Virus record (IMG/VR): IMGVR_UViG_3300045988_103986
Coordinates: 32,001 to 96,000 of that record
DNA from: a virus
Direction: 5' to 3' (one strand)
Length of the DNA stretch: 64,000 nt
In this document: piece by piece, positions 14,597 to 22,585 of the stretch
How positions within the stretch are numbered: position 1 is the stretch's first letter
Layout: each line of letters begins with the position of its first letter
Made by a program: the position numbers and the translations under genes
The notes under the pieces: generated by a model
The model's database searches: none
Told to the model about the DNA's origin: nothing
The model's input: the letters and a program-made list of their open reading frames with translations, nothing else

Positions 14597-15055
14597 ATGA
14601 ACGGAGAAATAATTCCTGTTGTTCTTCTTGGAAGTCTCTTCTTTGTACTTCCACTTGTCCTTTATGTGGAATGCGAAATCAATTGTGATGTTTTCGGTGA
14701 CGAGCACGACGGCCATGCACACCTGACTTTTGAAGAATTCTACGCTTACTATCTCATTTCCCCAAACAAATGGGATATCGATCTGGATTCGCTGTATTAC
14801 AACAGAGGGGAAGATTTCATCCGGAAAAAGGTCACGTTTCTTCGTGTCAGAGACGTCATTCGATACAGAAGGTTTGCAAAAAAACGCCACGATCAATGTC
14901 TTTGTGAATACTCTGATATTTCAAAACTTGCCATCATAAAGGGCATGAGTGAAGATGCCGGAAAACTGCAAGAGTCCGCATTGAAAGATATCGAACGAGC
15001 AACCAAAAGGTACATAGAAATCGTTCGTAGATGTGTAGAGGTGGACCAAAGATGA
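14597..15055 (+). CDS. hypothetical protein with N-terminal TM helix
   Basis: RBS aaaatggagg, then ATG 14597 (MNGEIIPVVLLGSLFFVLPLVLYV...). Confidence 0.6.
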   Translation: MNGEIIPVVLLGSLFFVLPLVLYVECEINCDVFGDEHDGHAHLTFEEFYAYYLISPNKWDIDLDSLYYNRGEDFIRKKVTFLRVRDVIRYRRFAKKRHDQCLCEYSDISKLAIIKGMSEDAGKLQESALKDIERATKRYIEIVRRCVEVDQR

Positions 15056-15309
15056 GTGATAATGGCACAGCGTACTGCATCAGGTGCGGTAAGAAGACAG
15101 AGTATTCGATAAAGCTTCAGCGCGTGAGGGTGAATGTTTGTGGGGTGCGTTTCAGTTATATTGAGAAGGACCCCTGTTGCACGAACTGTGGAGAAAGCGT
15201 CTACATCTCGGAAGTCGAAGATCAGAATGTTGATGCCAGAACGCTCGAATTCAACAAAGCGAGGGAAAAGCTCAGACACAAGATAGATTCAAACGGAGGT
15301 AAATCATGA
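15052..15309 (+). CDS. small zinc-ribbon protein (YgiT/MqsA-N-like CxxC...CxxC)
   Basis: MSDNGTAYCIRCGKKTEY...VRFSYIEKDPCCTNCGESVYISEVEDQN. ATGA overlap with the previous stop. Confidence 0.55.
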   Translation: MSDNGTAYCIRCGKKTEYSIKLQRVRVNVCGVRFSYIEKDPCCTNCGESVYISEVEDQNVDARTLEFNKAREKLRHKIDSNGGKS

Positions 15310-15623
15310 GTCTTAATATTCGTTACTTAACCAACGGCACAAAAAACGTCTACGTTGTTATCGACAGTCGCCCGATTACTGTCAACTGCTACGAAACGCG
15401 GGATGAGATTCCGGTTCAGATCCGGCACTATGCGCCCGAAGGAGAGCCGATGTTTGTCGGTCCTGACGGAGCGCGGCTTCTTTTCGCAATGAAGGCGCTG
15501 TATCCAGAGCTGATGTGCGAATACTGCGGAAAGCCCGGATATTCAGGTGCTGTTTGCATATTTGAATCGTGCGTCGAGCCGTGGAAAACGTGCAAGTACA
15601 GGTACACGGGGTCAGGAGCATGA
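15306..15623 (+). CDS. hypothetical Cys-containing protein
   Basis: 105-aa ORF with a 4-nt overlap to the upstream gene. Confidence 0.55.
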   Translation: MSLNIRYLTNGTKNVYVVIDSRPITVNCYETRDEIPVQIRHYAPEGEPMFVGPDGARLLFAMKALYPELMCEYCGKPGYSGAVCIFESCVEPWKTCKYRYTGSGA

Positions 15624-15943
15624 ACGATATCAGGTCGGTTGATTTCAGCGACGCGCAGCTTAAATCGTTCCTGTTTGAGGTGTACAGTGCAGGATTTGAA
15701 GCCGGATATTCCCGATGTACAGACATACACACTGGTTTCAGCACATGGTATCGTAATGTAATTCAGAAAGACAATCTGCCGGTCTATGCGGCACTTGACA
15801 GTACCAACAAGGACGTGCAGAATGCGATGGATAGCGTCCTCTGTATCAATCAGATTCTGTATTCGGGCCGCTATGAGTCCATCCGGCCGCAGATTGGATT
15901 TGCAGAAAAAGTATTGAAAGATTTCATCGCCGAAAGGTGTTGA
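15620..15943 (+). CDS. hypothetical protein
   Basis: ATG 15620 overlaps the previous TGA (MNDIRSVDFSDAQLK...). Confidence 0.55.
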   Translation: MNDIRSVDFSDAQLKSFLFEVYSAGFEAGYSRCTDIHTGFSTWYRNVIQKDNLPVYAALDSTNKDVQNAMDSVLCINQILYSGRYESIRPQIGFAEKVLKDFIAERC

Positions 15944-16233
15944 GATACCATCCGAGTTTGGCTAGTTCGCACAAGCGTTCCGCTGTGTAGAAAATCGGAA
16001 CCCATGAAAGTCCTCGTTGCGCTGGTACGCCAAACACAACAGCGCGGGCAAAAATCGTTGGTGAATATCGCGCGTAACACGCAACGTTGACTGCTGTTCA
16101 ATAATTCGGGAAACAGACAAAGAGCAGGCTTGGTTAAAGGCTCATAGTGCGGTGACCAGGAAACAGCCCACAAGCCCCTGCCTTTAGGCATGGGGTAAAG
16201 GGCTGCAAGTCTACTTATTGTTGGAGATGAAAC

Positions 16234-17346
16234 ATGGGATATTCCTACAAATTTAGGCTGTACCCAAATACGGAGCAGGAGAACTTAATACAGCGTACTT
16301 TCGGCTGTGCTCGATTTGTGTATAACCACTTTCTCTCTGAACGCATCACGCAGTATCGAGAAACCGGGAAATCTCCTACACGTTTTCAACAGGACAAAGA
16401 ATTGACGCAGCTGAAGAAATCGGTTGAGTGGCTGAAAGAGGTTGATGCAACCGCACTGCAATCTTCTTTGCAGAGCCTTGATGCCGCCTATCAGAACTTC
16501 TTCCGTCGAGTGAAATCCGGTGAAAAGCCAGGATTCCCACGGTTCAAGAGCAAGCATGACCACCGCAAAAGCTACAAGAGCAAAGCCGTTGGAACAAACA
16601 TCAAAGTATTGGACGGTGCGGTCCAACTGCCGAAACTCGGCAAAGTCAAATGCCGTATCAGCCGAAAGGTTGAGGGCAGAATCCTGTCTGCTACGGTATC
16701 ACAAAATCCGAGCGGCAAATACTTTGTATCGCTCTGCTGCACTGATGTGGAGATTGAGCCGCTTCCAAAGACAGGCTGTGTTATCGGCGTTGACATGGGG
16801 CTGAAAGCATTCGCAATCACGTCCGATGGAACGGAATATCCAAACCCGCGTTATTTAGCCAAGAACCAGAAGAAACTTGCCAGATTACAACGGCAACTCT
16901 CCCGAAAATCAAAGGGGAGCAACCGACGCGAGAAAGCGAGGATTCAGGTGGCGCGGTTACATGAGCACATCGCAAGCCAGCGCAGCGACATGATGCACAA
17001 GCTGTCAACGCAGCTCATCCGGGAGAACGATGTAGTCTGCATCGAAGACTTAGCACCGAAGAACATGGTCAAGAATCATCGCCTTGCGAAGTCCATCAGC
17101 GACGCATCGTGGGGCGAGTTCAGGCGGCGGCTAGAGTACAAGGCCGCGTGGTATGGAAAGAAAGTCATAGCGATAGACCGGTTCTTCCCATCCAGTCAGC
17201 TATGTTCCTGCTGCGGGTATCGGAATACCGGAACAAAGAATCTAGCGGTGCGGGAGTGGACGTGCCCCAAATGCGAAACACACCACGACAGGGACATCAA
17301 CGCCGCGAAAAACATTTTAAGTGAGGGCTTGCGCCTGTTGGCCTAG
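16234..17346 (+). CDS. tnpB: TnpB (IS605 OrfB-family RNA-guided endonuclease)
   Basis: 370 aa: [27 protein letters not shown]; RuvC motifs [18 protein letters not shown]; zinc finger CSCCG...CPKC. Confidence 0.92.
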   Translation: MGYSYKFRLYPNTEQENLIQRTFGCARFVYNHFLSERITQYRETGKSPTRFQQDKELTQLKKSVEWLKEVDATALQSSLQSLDAAYQNFFRRVKSGEKPGFPRFKSKHDHRKSYKSKAVGTNIKVLDGAVQLPKLGKVKCRISRKVEGRILSATVSQNPSGKYFVSLCCTDVEIEPLPKTGCVIGVDMGLKAFAITSDGTEYPNPRYLAKNQKKLARLQRQLSRKSKGSNRREKARIQVARLHEHIASQRSDMMHKLSTQLIRENDVVCIEDLAPKNMVKNHRLAKSISDASWGEFRRRLEYKAAWYGKKVIAIDRFFPSSQLCSCCGYRNTGTKNLAVREWTCPKCETHHDRDINAAKNILSEGLRLLA

Positions 17347-17355
17347 CCAAAACAC

Positions 17356-17472
17356 ACGGTAGGGCGGGACACGCCCGAACCTATACGCTCGTGGAGACTA
17401 TGTAAGACGCAACTACGGCGCAACGGTCAGCGAACCGAGAATCCCCCGGCTTTAGCCGTGGGGAGTGTCAAA
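17356..17472 (+). ncRNA. omega-RNA (reRNA) scaffold of the TnpB element; guide would continue into 17473-~17490
   Basis: Conserved blocks are shared with the other two copies (gggcgggacacgcccga, acgctcgtggaga, gagaatcccccggctttagccgtggggagtgtcaa), with a divergent central stem. The 5' boundary is not determinable by eye. Confidence 0.55.
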
Positions 17473-17511
17473 GGTTGGTTCGGCGGGACGCCGCTGCATG
17501 AGCCTGCATAC

Positions 17512-17588
17512 AGGGGTATCGCCAAGCGGTCTAAGGCATGGGACTTTGACTCCCATATGCGCAGGTTCAAATCCTGCTACCCCTGCCA
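17512..17588 (+). tRNA. tRNA-Gln (anticodon UUG)
   Basis: AGGGGTA-TC-GCCAAGCGGTCTAAGGCA-TGGGA-CTTTGAC-TCCCA-...GCAGG-TTCAAAT-CCTGC-TACCCCT-G-CCA. It resembles Firmicutes tRNA-Gln (GGGGTATCGCCAAGCGG). Confidence 0.8.
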
Positions 17589-18244
17589 GCCGCCCGTTGG
17601 GGTTCTCCGCGCGACTACATTTAACATGGGGAAAAATACGGCTATCCATTCACGCACGCAATAGAGTGATCGTGAATCGTAGCGGCCCCGGCTAAAGGCG
17701 CTGTACCCGCGGCGTCCAAGGAGAACGAGGCAAAAATGCAGCTATATGGGCCAGAAAACGGGATAGTAGCCACGCTGCAATATATGATGGTGCTACGAAG
17801 CTGTAGACGATGAACGCCTGGTAATACAGGACGGCTCAGCCGATAATGAATGAGTAAGATAGCGTCTACGGAAATAGGAGCTGTAGTAAATGGAGTGAAA
17901 TTAACAGCCATCATATCCCCTGCGCTTGATGCGTGGGCTGCCGAAACCAATGCGTGTTTCGGCCAAAAAGGTAAAGGTCAAGCGGATATAGACCTTCGTA
18001 GAGACGGCACAAGTCCATTTTGGAACGTCCCGTTCAGCTTGCCGGGAAAGACTCACTAGTGGTCGAACTGGATGAATCCGCACTTGTTCGTAATGCTTGG
18101 GGCGAACTGAAATCCGCCAAGCTAGGCAGCACCTTTGGGAACGCTTTCAGGACTGCTGATACATAAGCGCCGGTGCGCAACCACCTAATTTGCCGTTGGT
18201 TTGCGCGCAAAACCTCACGTCCGGTACGTTAAGCCGGGATTGAT
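17589..18244 (+). ncRNA. unassigned ~650-nt non-coding region between two tRNAs (candidate large structured RNA)
   Basis: Only short RBS-less ORFs on either strand. Multiple hairpins (attcacg...cgtgaat 17648-17677; ccgaaac...gtttcgg; gcgcaacca...tggtttgcgc). Flanked by tRNA-Gln and tRNA-Met. Confidence 0.35.
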
Positions 18245-18319
18245 GGGCCGTTAGCTCAACGGTAGAGCAAGCCGCTCATAACGGCTCGGTCGTAGGCTCG
18301 ACACCTACACGGCCCACCA
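18245..18319 (+). tRNA. tRNA-Met/Ile2-type (anticodon CAU)
   Basis: GGGCCGT-TA-GCTC-AACGGTA-GAGC-A-AGCCG-CTCATAA-CGGCT-CGGTC-GTAGG-CTCGACA-CCTAC-ACGGCCC-A-CCA. The T-loop has C at position 54, which is unusual. Confidence 0.8.
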
Positions 18320-18346
18320 TTCATTCTTGAGAAAGGAGGATTACAC

Positions 18347-18622
18347 ATGAACAAGGAAGAACTCGTTCAGGCAGTTGCCAGCAAGACCAACATGCCGAAG
18401 ACCGCCAGTTTGGAGGCCATCGATGCCGTTTTCGCAGCAATCGAAGAATCTCTCATTGCGCACGAAGATGTCACTATCGCTGGTTTCGGCAAGTTCACTG
18501 CGAAGTACCAGAAGGCCAGAACCGCGAGAAACCCGGTCACGGGTGGACCGGTCGACGTTCCGGCAAAATTCTCGGTCAAGTTCTCGGCAAGCAGCGTGCT
18601 GAAAAAAGCAGTTGCAAAGTGA
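18347..18622 (+). CDS. hup: HU/IHF-family DNA-binding protein
   Basis: MNKEELVQAVASKTNMPKTASLEAIDAVFAAIEESL...GFGKF...RTARNPVTGGPVDVPAKFSVKFSAS is the classic HU pattern. RBS aaaggagg. Confidence 0.9.
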   Translation: MNKEELVQAVASKTNMPKTASLEAIDAVFAAIEESLIAHEDVTIAGFGKFTAKYQKARTARNPVTGGPVDVPAKFSVKFSASSVLKKAVAK

Positions 18623-18678
18623 ATCATGGGGCTATTTTGCCCCTCTACATAGTAAAATCACAGAAAGGATGCAATTTC

Positions 18679-19224
18679 ATGTTAGATATCAAGATCCATC
18701 GCGGCGATATTTTCTGGATTCGTCAGGACTATAGTGCCGTTGGCTCCGAGCAAAAAAAGAATCGTCCGGCGATCATTGTCAGCAACGACAAAAATAATAC
18801 ATATTCCGAAACTGTAGAGATTGTTTATCTCACAACCGCTGAGAAAAAGCCCATGCCAACACACGTTGCTATCGAAACGATGGGCAAGCAGTCTACTGCA
18901 CTTTGCGAGGCCATCTACACAATCGATAAGGAACGCTTGGAGAACTACTACTGTACATTAACGACCGAGGAAATGAAACTCGTTGACCAGGCTGTTCTCG
19001 TCTCCTTGGGGCTTACGGCCCCCCCTATTTGTACCGTAGCCGCATCACAAGAGCCAGAACCCGAAAAGGTCTGTGTTCCGATCAACCCGCCATTTGGTTT
19101 GGAAGATGCACTCCGCGCAGTGCAGAAGGAACGCGATACACTGCTTGCGCAGAAGGAGATCTACGAGAAAATCTGTGCCGCCGCACTGCCGCGTTGGCCG
19201 AAGGAGGTTGAGTTGGGCGCATGA
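18679..19224 (+). CDS. PemK/MazF-like toxin domain protein with ~70-aa C-terminal extension
   Basis: RGDIFWI...GSEQKKNRPAIIVSNDKNN..SETVEIVYLTT...PTHVAI...ALCEAIYTIDKERL...LTTEEMKLVDQAVLVSLGL matches the MazF/PemK pattern. No canonical antitoxin ORF lies immediately upstream. Confidence 0.7.
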   Translation: MLDIKIHRGDIFWIRQDYSAVGSEQKKNRPAIIVSNDKNNTYSETVEIVYLTTAEKKPMPTHVAIETMGKQSTALCEAIYTIDKERLENYYCTLTTEEMKLVDQAVLVSLGLTAPPICTVAASQEPEPEKVCVPINPPFGLEDALRAVQKERDTLLAQKEIYEKICAAALPRWPKEVELGA

Positions 19225-20306
19225 TTTATCTTGACCACGCAGCTACTTCTCCTGCGCTTCAATGCGCGAAGGTCGCCTTCAACGCGGTTTCAGCAACAAT
19301 ATGGGGAAATCCGAACTCTCTGCATTCCTTCGGGCAGGACGCCAGAAAGATGCTGGAATCCTCCAGAGAGAGTGTGGCGCGGTGCTTGGGGTGTGAGCCG
19401 GAACAGGTGTTCTTCGTTTCCTCTGCAACAGAAGCTTGCAGGATTGCAATCACGAGAATGACGGAATCATGCAAAAAGGTCCATGTAACGAAAGTAGAAC
19501 ATGCAGCCGTAACCAGCATGACAGACCGCAAGGTATATAGTGACCGCCGGAACGATAATCGTGGTTTTGTGCATATCCACACTAACAACGAAACTGGCGA
19601 AATATACGATTTGAAAAGTGCTTTTTCAGGGTATGATTTGACGTTCTCCGACTGTACCGCAGCCATGGGGAAGCAAAAAATCAACTTCCGTGAAAGCGGC
19701 ATAAACTTCATATGTGGATCAGGGCATAAGATCGGCGCTCCGGTTGGAATTGGTGTTCTGATTGCAAAGAACCCAGCGGACATCACTGAACGTTTCCATT
19801 TTGGCACACCATCTGTTCCCCTTGCTGCCGCATTTGCATCGGCATTGGAGTTCCGCACCAAAGAGATAGATTTGTTTGCTGGCGTAACAGAATTCTTGCA
19901 TGACCGCCTGATTGATGGTATCATGAATGAAATACCAGACGCGCAGTTCAACGGTTGTCCGTGCTTCAGGCATCAGATGAAGCAATCTCCGTACATTGCA
20001 AACATCTCTTTCCCAGGCATCGAAAACCACGCGCTTGTCCTGCGGCTTGCCGCTGATGGCCTGATGGTTTCTTCCGGCGCGGCGTGTTCCAGCGGTGACA
20101 ATGAGCCATCTCGCGTGCTTCTTGCTTCCGGGTATTCTGAGGAACGTGCACGGTCAGCTATCCGTTTCAGTTTCGATTACAAGCTTGATTTCGATGCAAA
20201 CGATATGGGCAACAACTACGGGTTGAACCTTGAACGCGATGCAAGAATCATCGACGAGGCCGTGAAGATCGTGGCTCAGAACGTGCGGGAAATGAGGGGT
20301 ATATAA
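19221..20306 (+). CDS. cysteine desulfurase (NifS/IscS-like, class V aminotransferase)
   Basis: IYLDHAATSP...GNPNSLHSFG; PLP-lysine motif SGHKIGAPVGIGVL; active-site SSGAACSSG. ATGA overlap with the upstream gene. Confidence 0.85.
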   Translation: MIYLDHAATSPALQCAKVAFNAVSATIWGNPNSLHSFGQDARKMLESSRESVARCLGCEPEQVFFVSSATEACRIAITRMTESCKKVHVTKVEHAAVTSMTDRKVYSDRRNDNRGFVHIHTNNETGEIYDLKSAFSGYDLTFSDCTAAMGKQKINFRESGINFICGSGHKIGAPVGIGVLIAKNPADITERFHFGTPSVPLAAAFASALEFRTKEIDLFAGVTEFLHDRLIDGIMNEIPDAQFNGCPCFRHQMKQSPYIANISFPGIENHALVLRLAADGLMVSSGAACSSGDNEPSRVLLASGYSEERARSAIRFSFDYKLDFDANDMGNNYGLNLERDARIIDEAVKIVAQNVREMRGI

Positions 20307-20307
20307 T

Positions 20308-20811
20308 ATGCCGCGCAAAAAGCTCAATTACACAGACAACTATTACAAGCCATTCCCCACTCGTCTTCGTAGGCTCATGCGTGGGGACGCAGGGAAAATC
20401 AACAGAACTGTATCGCAGCAAGAATTAGCGGATTATCTCGGCCTGAAGGCAAGACAGTCTGTATCTGCATACTGTGACGGTTCTGGACAGCCCAGTTGGG
20501 AGAATATCGCCAAAATCGCAGAATACTTCAGCGTATCTACGGACTGGCTGCTAGGTGTAACAAACATTGAAAGTGTTGAGCGAAACATTCAAGTTGCAGC
20601 TTCTACACTCGGCATTTCTGGGAAAGCTGCTGAGAATCTCGCAAGGATTTCAACTGAAACCGAAGATGATAACATATTTATTTCCCTCAAGAAATCAGCG
20701 GCACATGATGCACTAAATAGGATTCTGGAATCAGAAGATGTGCTTTGGGTTGCGGAAGCTACAGATCATTTGTTGGACATAGAAAAAGCACGTCCGCGAA
20801 ATATACTTTAA
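20308..20811 (+). CDS. XRE-family helix-turn-helix protein with C-terminal extension
   Basis: TVSQQELADYLGLKARQSVSAYCDGSGQPSWENIAKIAEYFSVSTDWLLGV is an HTH_XRE pattern. It starts 1 nt after the previous stop. Confidence 0.75.
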   Translation: MPRKKLNYTDNYYKPFPTRLRRLMRGDAGKINRTVSQQELADYLGLKARQSVSAYCDGSGQPSWENIAKIAEYFSVSTDWLLGVTNIESVERNIQVAASTLGISGKAAENLARISTETEDDNIFISLKKSAAHDALNRILESEDVLWVAEATDHLLDIEKARPRNIL

Positions 20812-20818
20812 TCCACGC

Positions 20819-20846
20819 GGGACAAATCTGATTTCCCGGTAGAATC
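20819..20846 (+). promoter_or_regulatory. GGGACAAAT-N11-GTAGAA motif copy
   Basis: GGGACAAAT 20819-20827, 11 nt, GTAGAATC 20839-20846; 51 nt to the ATG at 20897. Confidence 0.45.
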
Positions 20847-20896
20847 ATAACTGTAAGCCCTCACGGGCACATCAAAAAATATAGGAGGAAAAACAA

Positions 20897-21241
20897 ATGG
20901 CAATGGATATTCAGGATATGGTGGCTGCAATGCTGGCCAAGGATGAGGCTTTCCACGGAAACGAGCTGGTTCCCGCGAAAGTTGAGGTCTACAACAAACT
21001 CAAGGAACACGGAGCTGCGATTGCGAAGGCGCTGCGTACTCCGTGGCACGCGGACGATCTGGAGGTACGGGATCGGAACACGTTCGTCTACGTCGACTTC
21101 CCTCTCCCAGTCAACATCCTCAATGACAGCATCCGCAACCGCATTTCTGAAATGTACAAGCTGGCTGATATGGTAACGCTCGCAGATGTCAACTGTCGGC
21201 TGCGTATGACCTTCACGGTCGCAAACGTCTGGAAAGAGTGA
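20897..21241 (+). CDS. hypothetical protein
   Basis: 114-aa ORF with RBS taggagga. Confidence 0.6.
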   Translation: MAMDIQDMVAAMLAKDEAFHGNELVPAKVEVYNKLKEHGAAIAKALRTPWHADDLEVRDRNTFVYVDFPLPVNILNDSIRNRISEMYKLADMVTLADVNCRLRMTFTVANVWKE

Positions 21242-21250
21242 GTGGATATT

Positions 21251-21445
21251 ATGACGAAACAGGAACGCCTTATCGTATCGGCTTATACTGGCGTGTTGAT
21301 GTGTGGCTTTTGGGAGTTTCACAACTATGTGGAACAGCTTTTGCAGCGTCCAGTTTTCACGCACGAGTTTGCAACGGAAGATGTGCAAAAAGAGATTAAG
21401 GAAAAGGCGCGGCCGGCATTTTTGATGTTATGCCAGGAGGATTAA
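21251..21445 (+). CDS. hypothetical protein
   Basis: ATG 21251 (MTKQERLIVSAYTGVLMC...). An alternative GTG lies at 21242. Confidence 0.5.
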   Translation: MTKQERLIVSAYTGVLMCGFWEFHNYVEQLLQRPVFTHEFATEDVQKEIKEKARPAFLMLCQED

Positions 21446-21476
21446 GAGAGATTTAAATAGAGAATTGGAGGCAGCC

Positions 21477-22019
21477 ATGAAGAAACTTTCAGAGATCATC
21501 CCCGGAAAAACTTTTGAGTTCGCAGGTGAGAGATTCGTTGTTTTGCTTCAGGGTGATGGCGCTACGCTTGTACTGCTGGCGCAGAGCGCGGAAAAGCTTC
21601 CCTTCAATGACAGAGCGGACATAGAAAAACTCAGCGATTATACCTGCTCTGATTTGAAGGAGCACATTGACAAATGGGTAGAAAAACTGCCGCGTACTCC
21701 CGAGGAAGCTGCAGCCATTCTCCCGTTTGAAGTTGACCTGAGTTGCCTCGACCGCGGTATGACTTATGGAAATATCACGGTCAAAGCAGCGCCCCTTACG
21801 CTTTGGCAGCACCGACAATTCGAAGACATAATTCCCGAAAACAAGGATGACTGGTGGCTCGTCACGCCGGCGGTCAGCACGCGGGTTCCCATTACGAACC
21901 CCGATGTATTCTGCCTTGTGTGGCGTGTCTGGAAAAGCGGAGACAGGGGCATTGGAGTTGCGTATATGCCGCAGGGCGTCCGCCCCGCCTTGCTGCTCAA
22001 ATCTGATATCAACGTATAG
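21477..22019 (+). CDS. protein with WW(L)xTP...VRPALLL module (same family as the RBP C-terminal modules)
   Basis: RBS ggagg, then ATG 21477. Motifs ...DDWWLVTPAVST... and GVRPALLLKSDINV resemble the modules in 26716-28518, 28535-30808 and 49782-50699. Confidence 0.55.
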   Translation: MKKLSEIIPGKTFEFAGERFVVLLQGDGATLVLLAQSAEKLPFNDRADIEKLSDYTCSDLKEHIDKWVEKLPRTPEEAAAILPFEVDLSCLDRGMTYGNITVKAAPLTLWQHRQFEDIIPENKDDWWLVTPAVSTRVPITNPDVFCLVWRVWKSGDRGIGVAYMPQGVRPALLLKSDINV

Positions 22020-22030
22020 GGAGTGAATGT

Positions 22031-22228
22031 ATGGGAGGTAAACTCCACACGAACGTTGTCAAGAACCGCTACACATTCCTTGTTGTGTACGATGACAAAG
22101 ATAATGAAGAACTCACGGTCGAGGCCGAAAGTGTAGGTGCAGCAGCGTTAATGTTGCCGCATCATCGGAGAGGCGCAGTGCTTTTGAACAGCACGCCATT
22201 GGAAGTAGAGGGCAATAAACATGGATGA
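22031..22228 (+). CDS. hypothetical protein
   Basis: 65-aa ORF with RBS agggag. Confidence 0.45.
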   Translation: MGGKLHTNVVKNRYTFLVVYDDKDNEELTVEAESVGAAALMLPHHRRGAVLLNSTPLEVEGNKHG

Positions 22229-22511
22229 AAATCAGGAAATGAAGCGGTTCGCCGACCGGCTCTGGGACTACTTCAAACCGAAAATTGAAGAACTGACAAG
22301 ATCGAACATTTGGTATTTCCGGGCGCAGGTCACACGAGTGGCTGCAAACGGCAAGATCACCATTCAGCGAGCATTCGATAAAGAAATCGCTCTCCCCTAC
22401 GTCTCCAGCATGGAGAATGCAGCTGTCGGCACGCAGGTCACTGTCTTCGTTCTCGGAAGCAGCATGACAAACGCTGTTATCGTCGGGGACGGGACGTTGA
22501 GCAATCTTTAA
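22221..22511 (+). CDS. hypothetical protein
   Basis: 96-aa ORF, the last + strand gene before the convergent terminator. Confidence 0.55.
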   Translation: MDENQEMKRFADRLWDYFKPKIEELTRSNIWYFRAQVTRVAANGKITIQRAFDKEIALPYVSSMENAAVGTQVTVFVLGSSMTNAVIVGDGTLSNL

Positions 22512-22551
22512 AGATTGGAGCGTGAAGACGATTTCTGCAGTTGTGGCGAAG

Positions 22552-22585
22552 AAAAAACCGGGAGGAATTAACCTCCCGGTTTTTT
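22552..22585. terminator. bidirectional rho-independent terminator
   Basis: aaaaaa-ccgggagg-aattaa-cctcccgg-tttttt, between convergent genes. Confidence 0.8.

Larger units (their letters stand above)
16152..17472 (+). mobile_element. IS200/IS605-family element carrying tnpB only (no tnpA)
   Basis: LE has the imperfect hairpin cccctgcc-ttta-ggcatgggg (16176-16196). RE has the hairpin ccccggc-ttta-gccgtgggg and ends gtcaaa at 17472. Ends are shared with copies at 11234-11407 and 25374-26694. Confidence 0.8.

Noticed and set aside
17642-18083. ORFs of 102 aa (-), 69 aa (+) and 60 aa (-) between the two tRNAs
   Set aside because: They mutually overlap on both strands and have no Shine-Dalgarno sequences. 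They sit in a hairpin-dense region, which is treated as non-coding.
14008-18319. Suppressor tRNAs or alternative genetic code (TAG/TGA reassignment)
   Set aside because: The anticodons are UCC, UUG and CAU, all of them sense. ORFs of up to 1742 codons are intact under the standard bacterial code.
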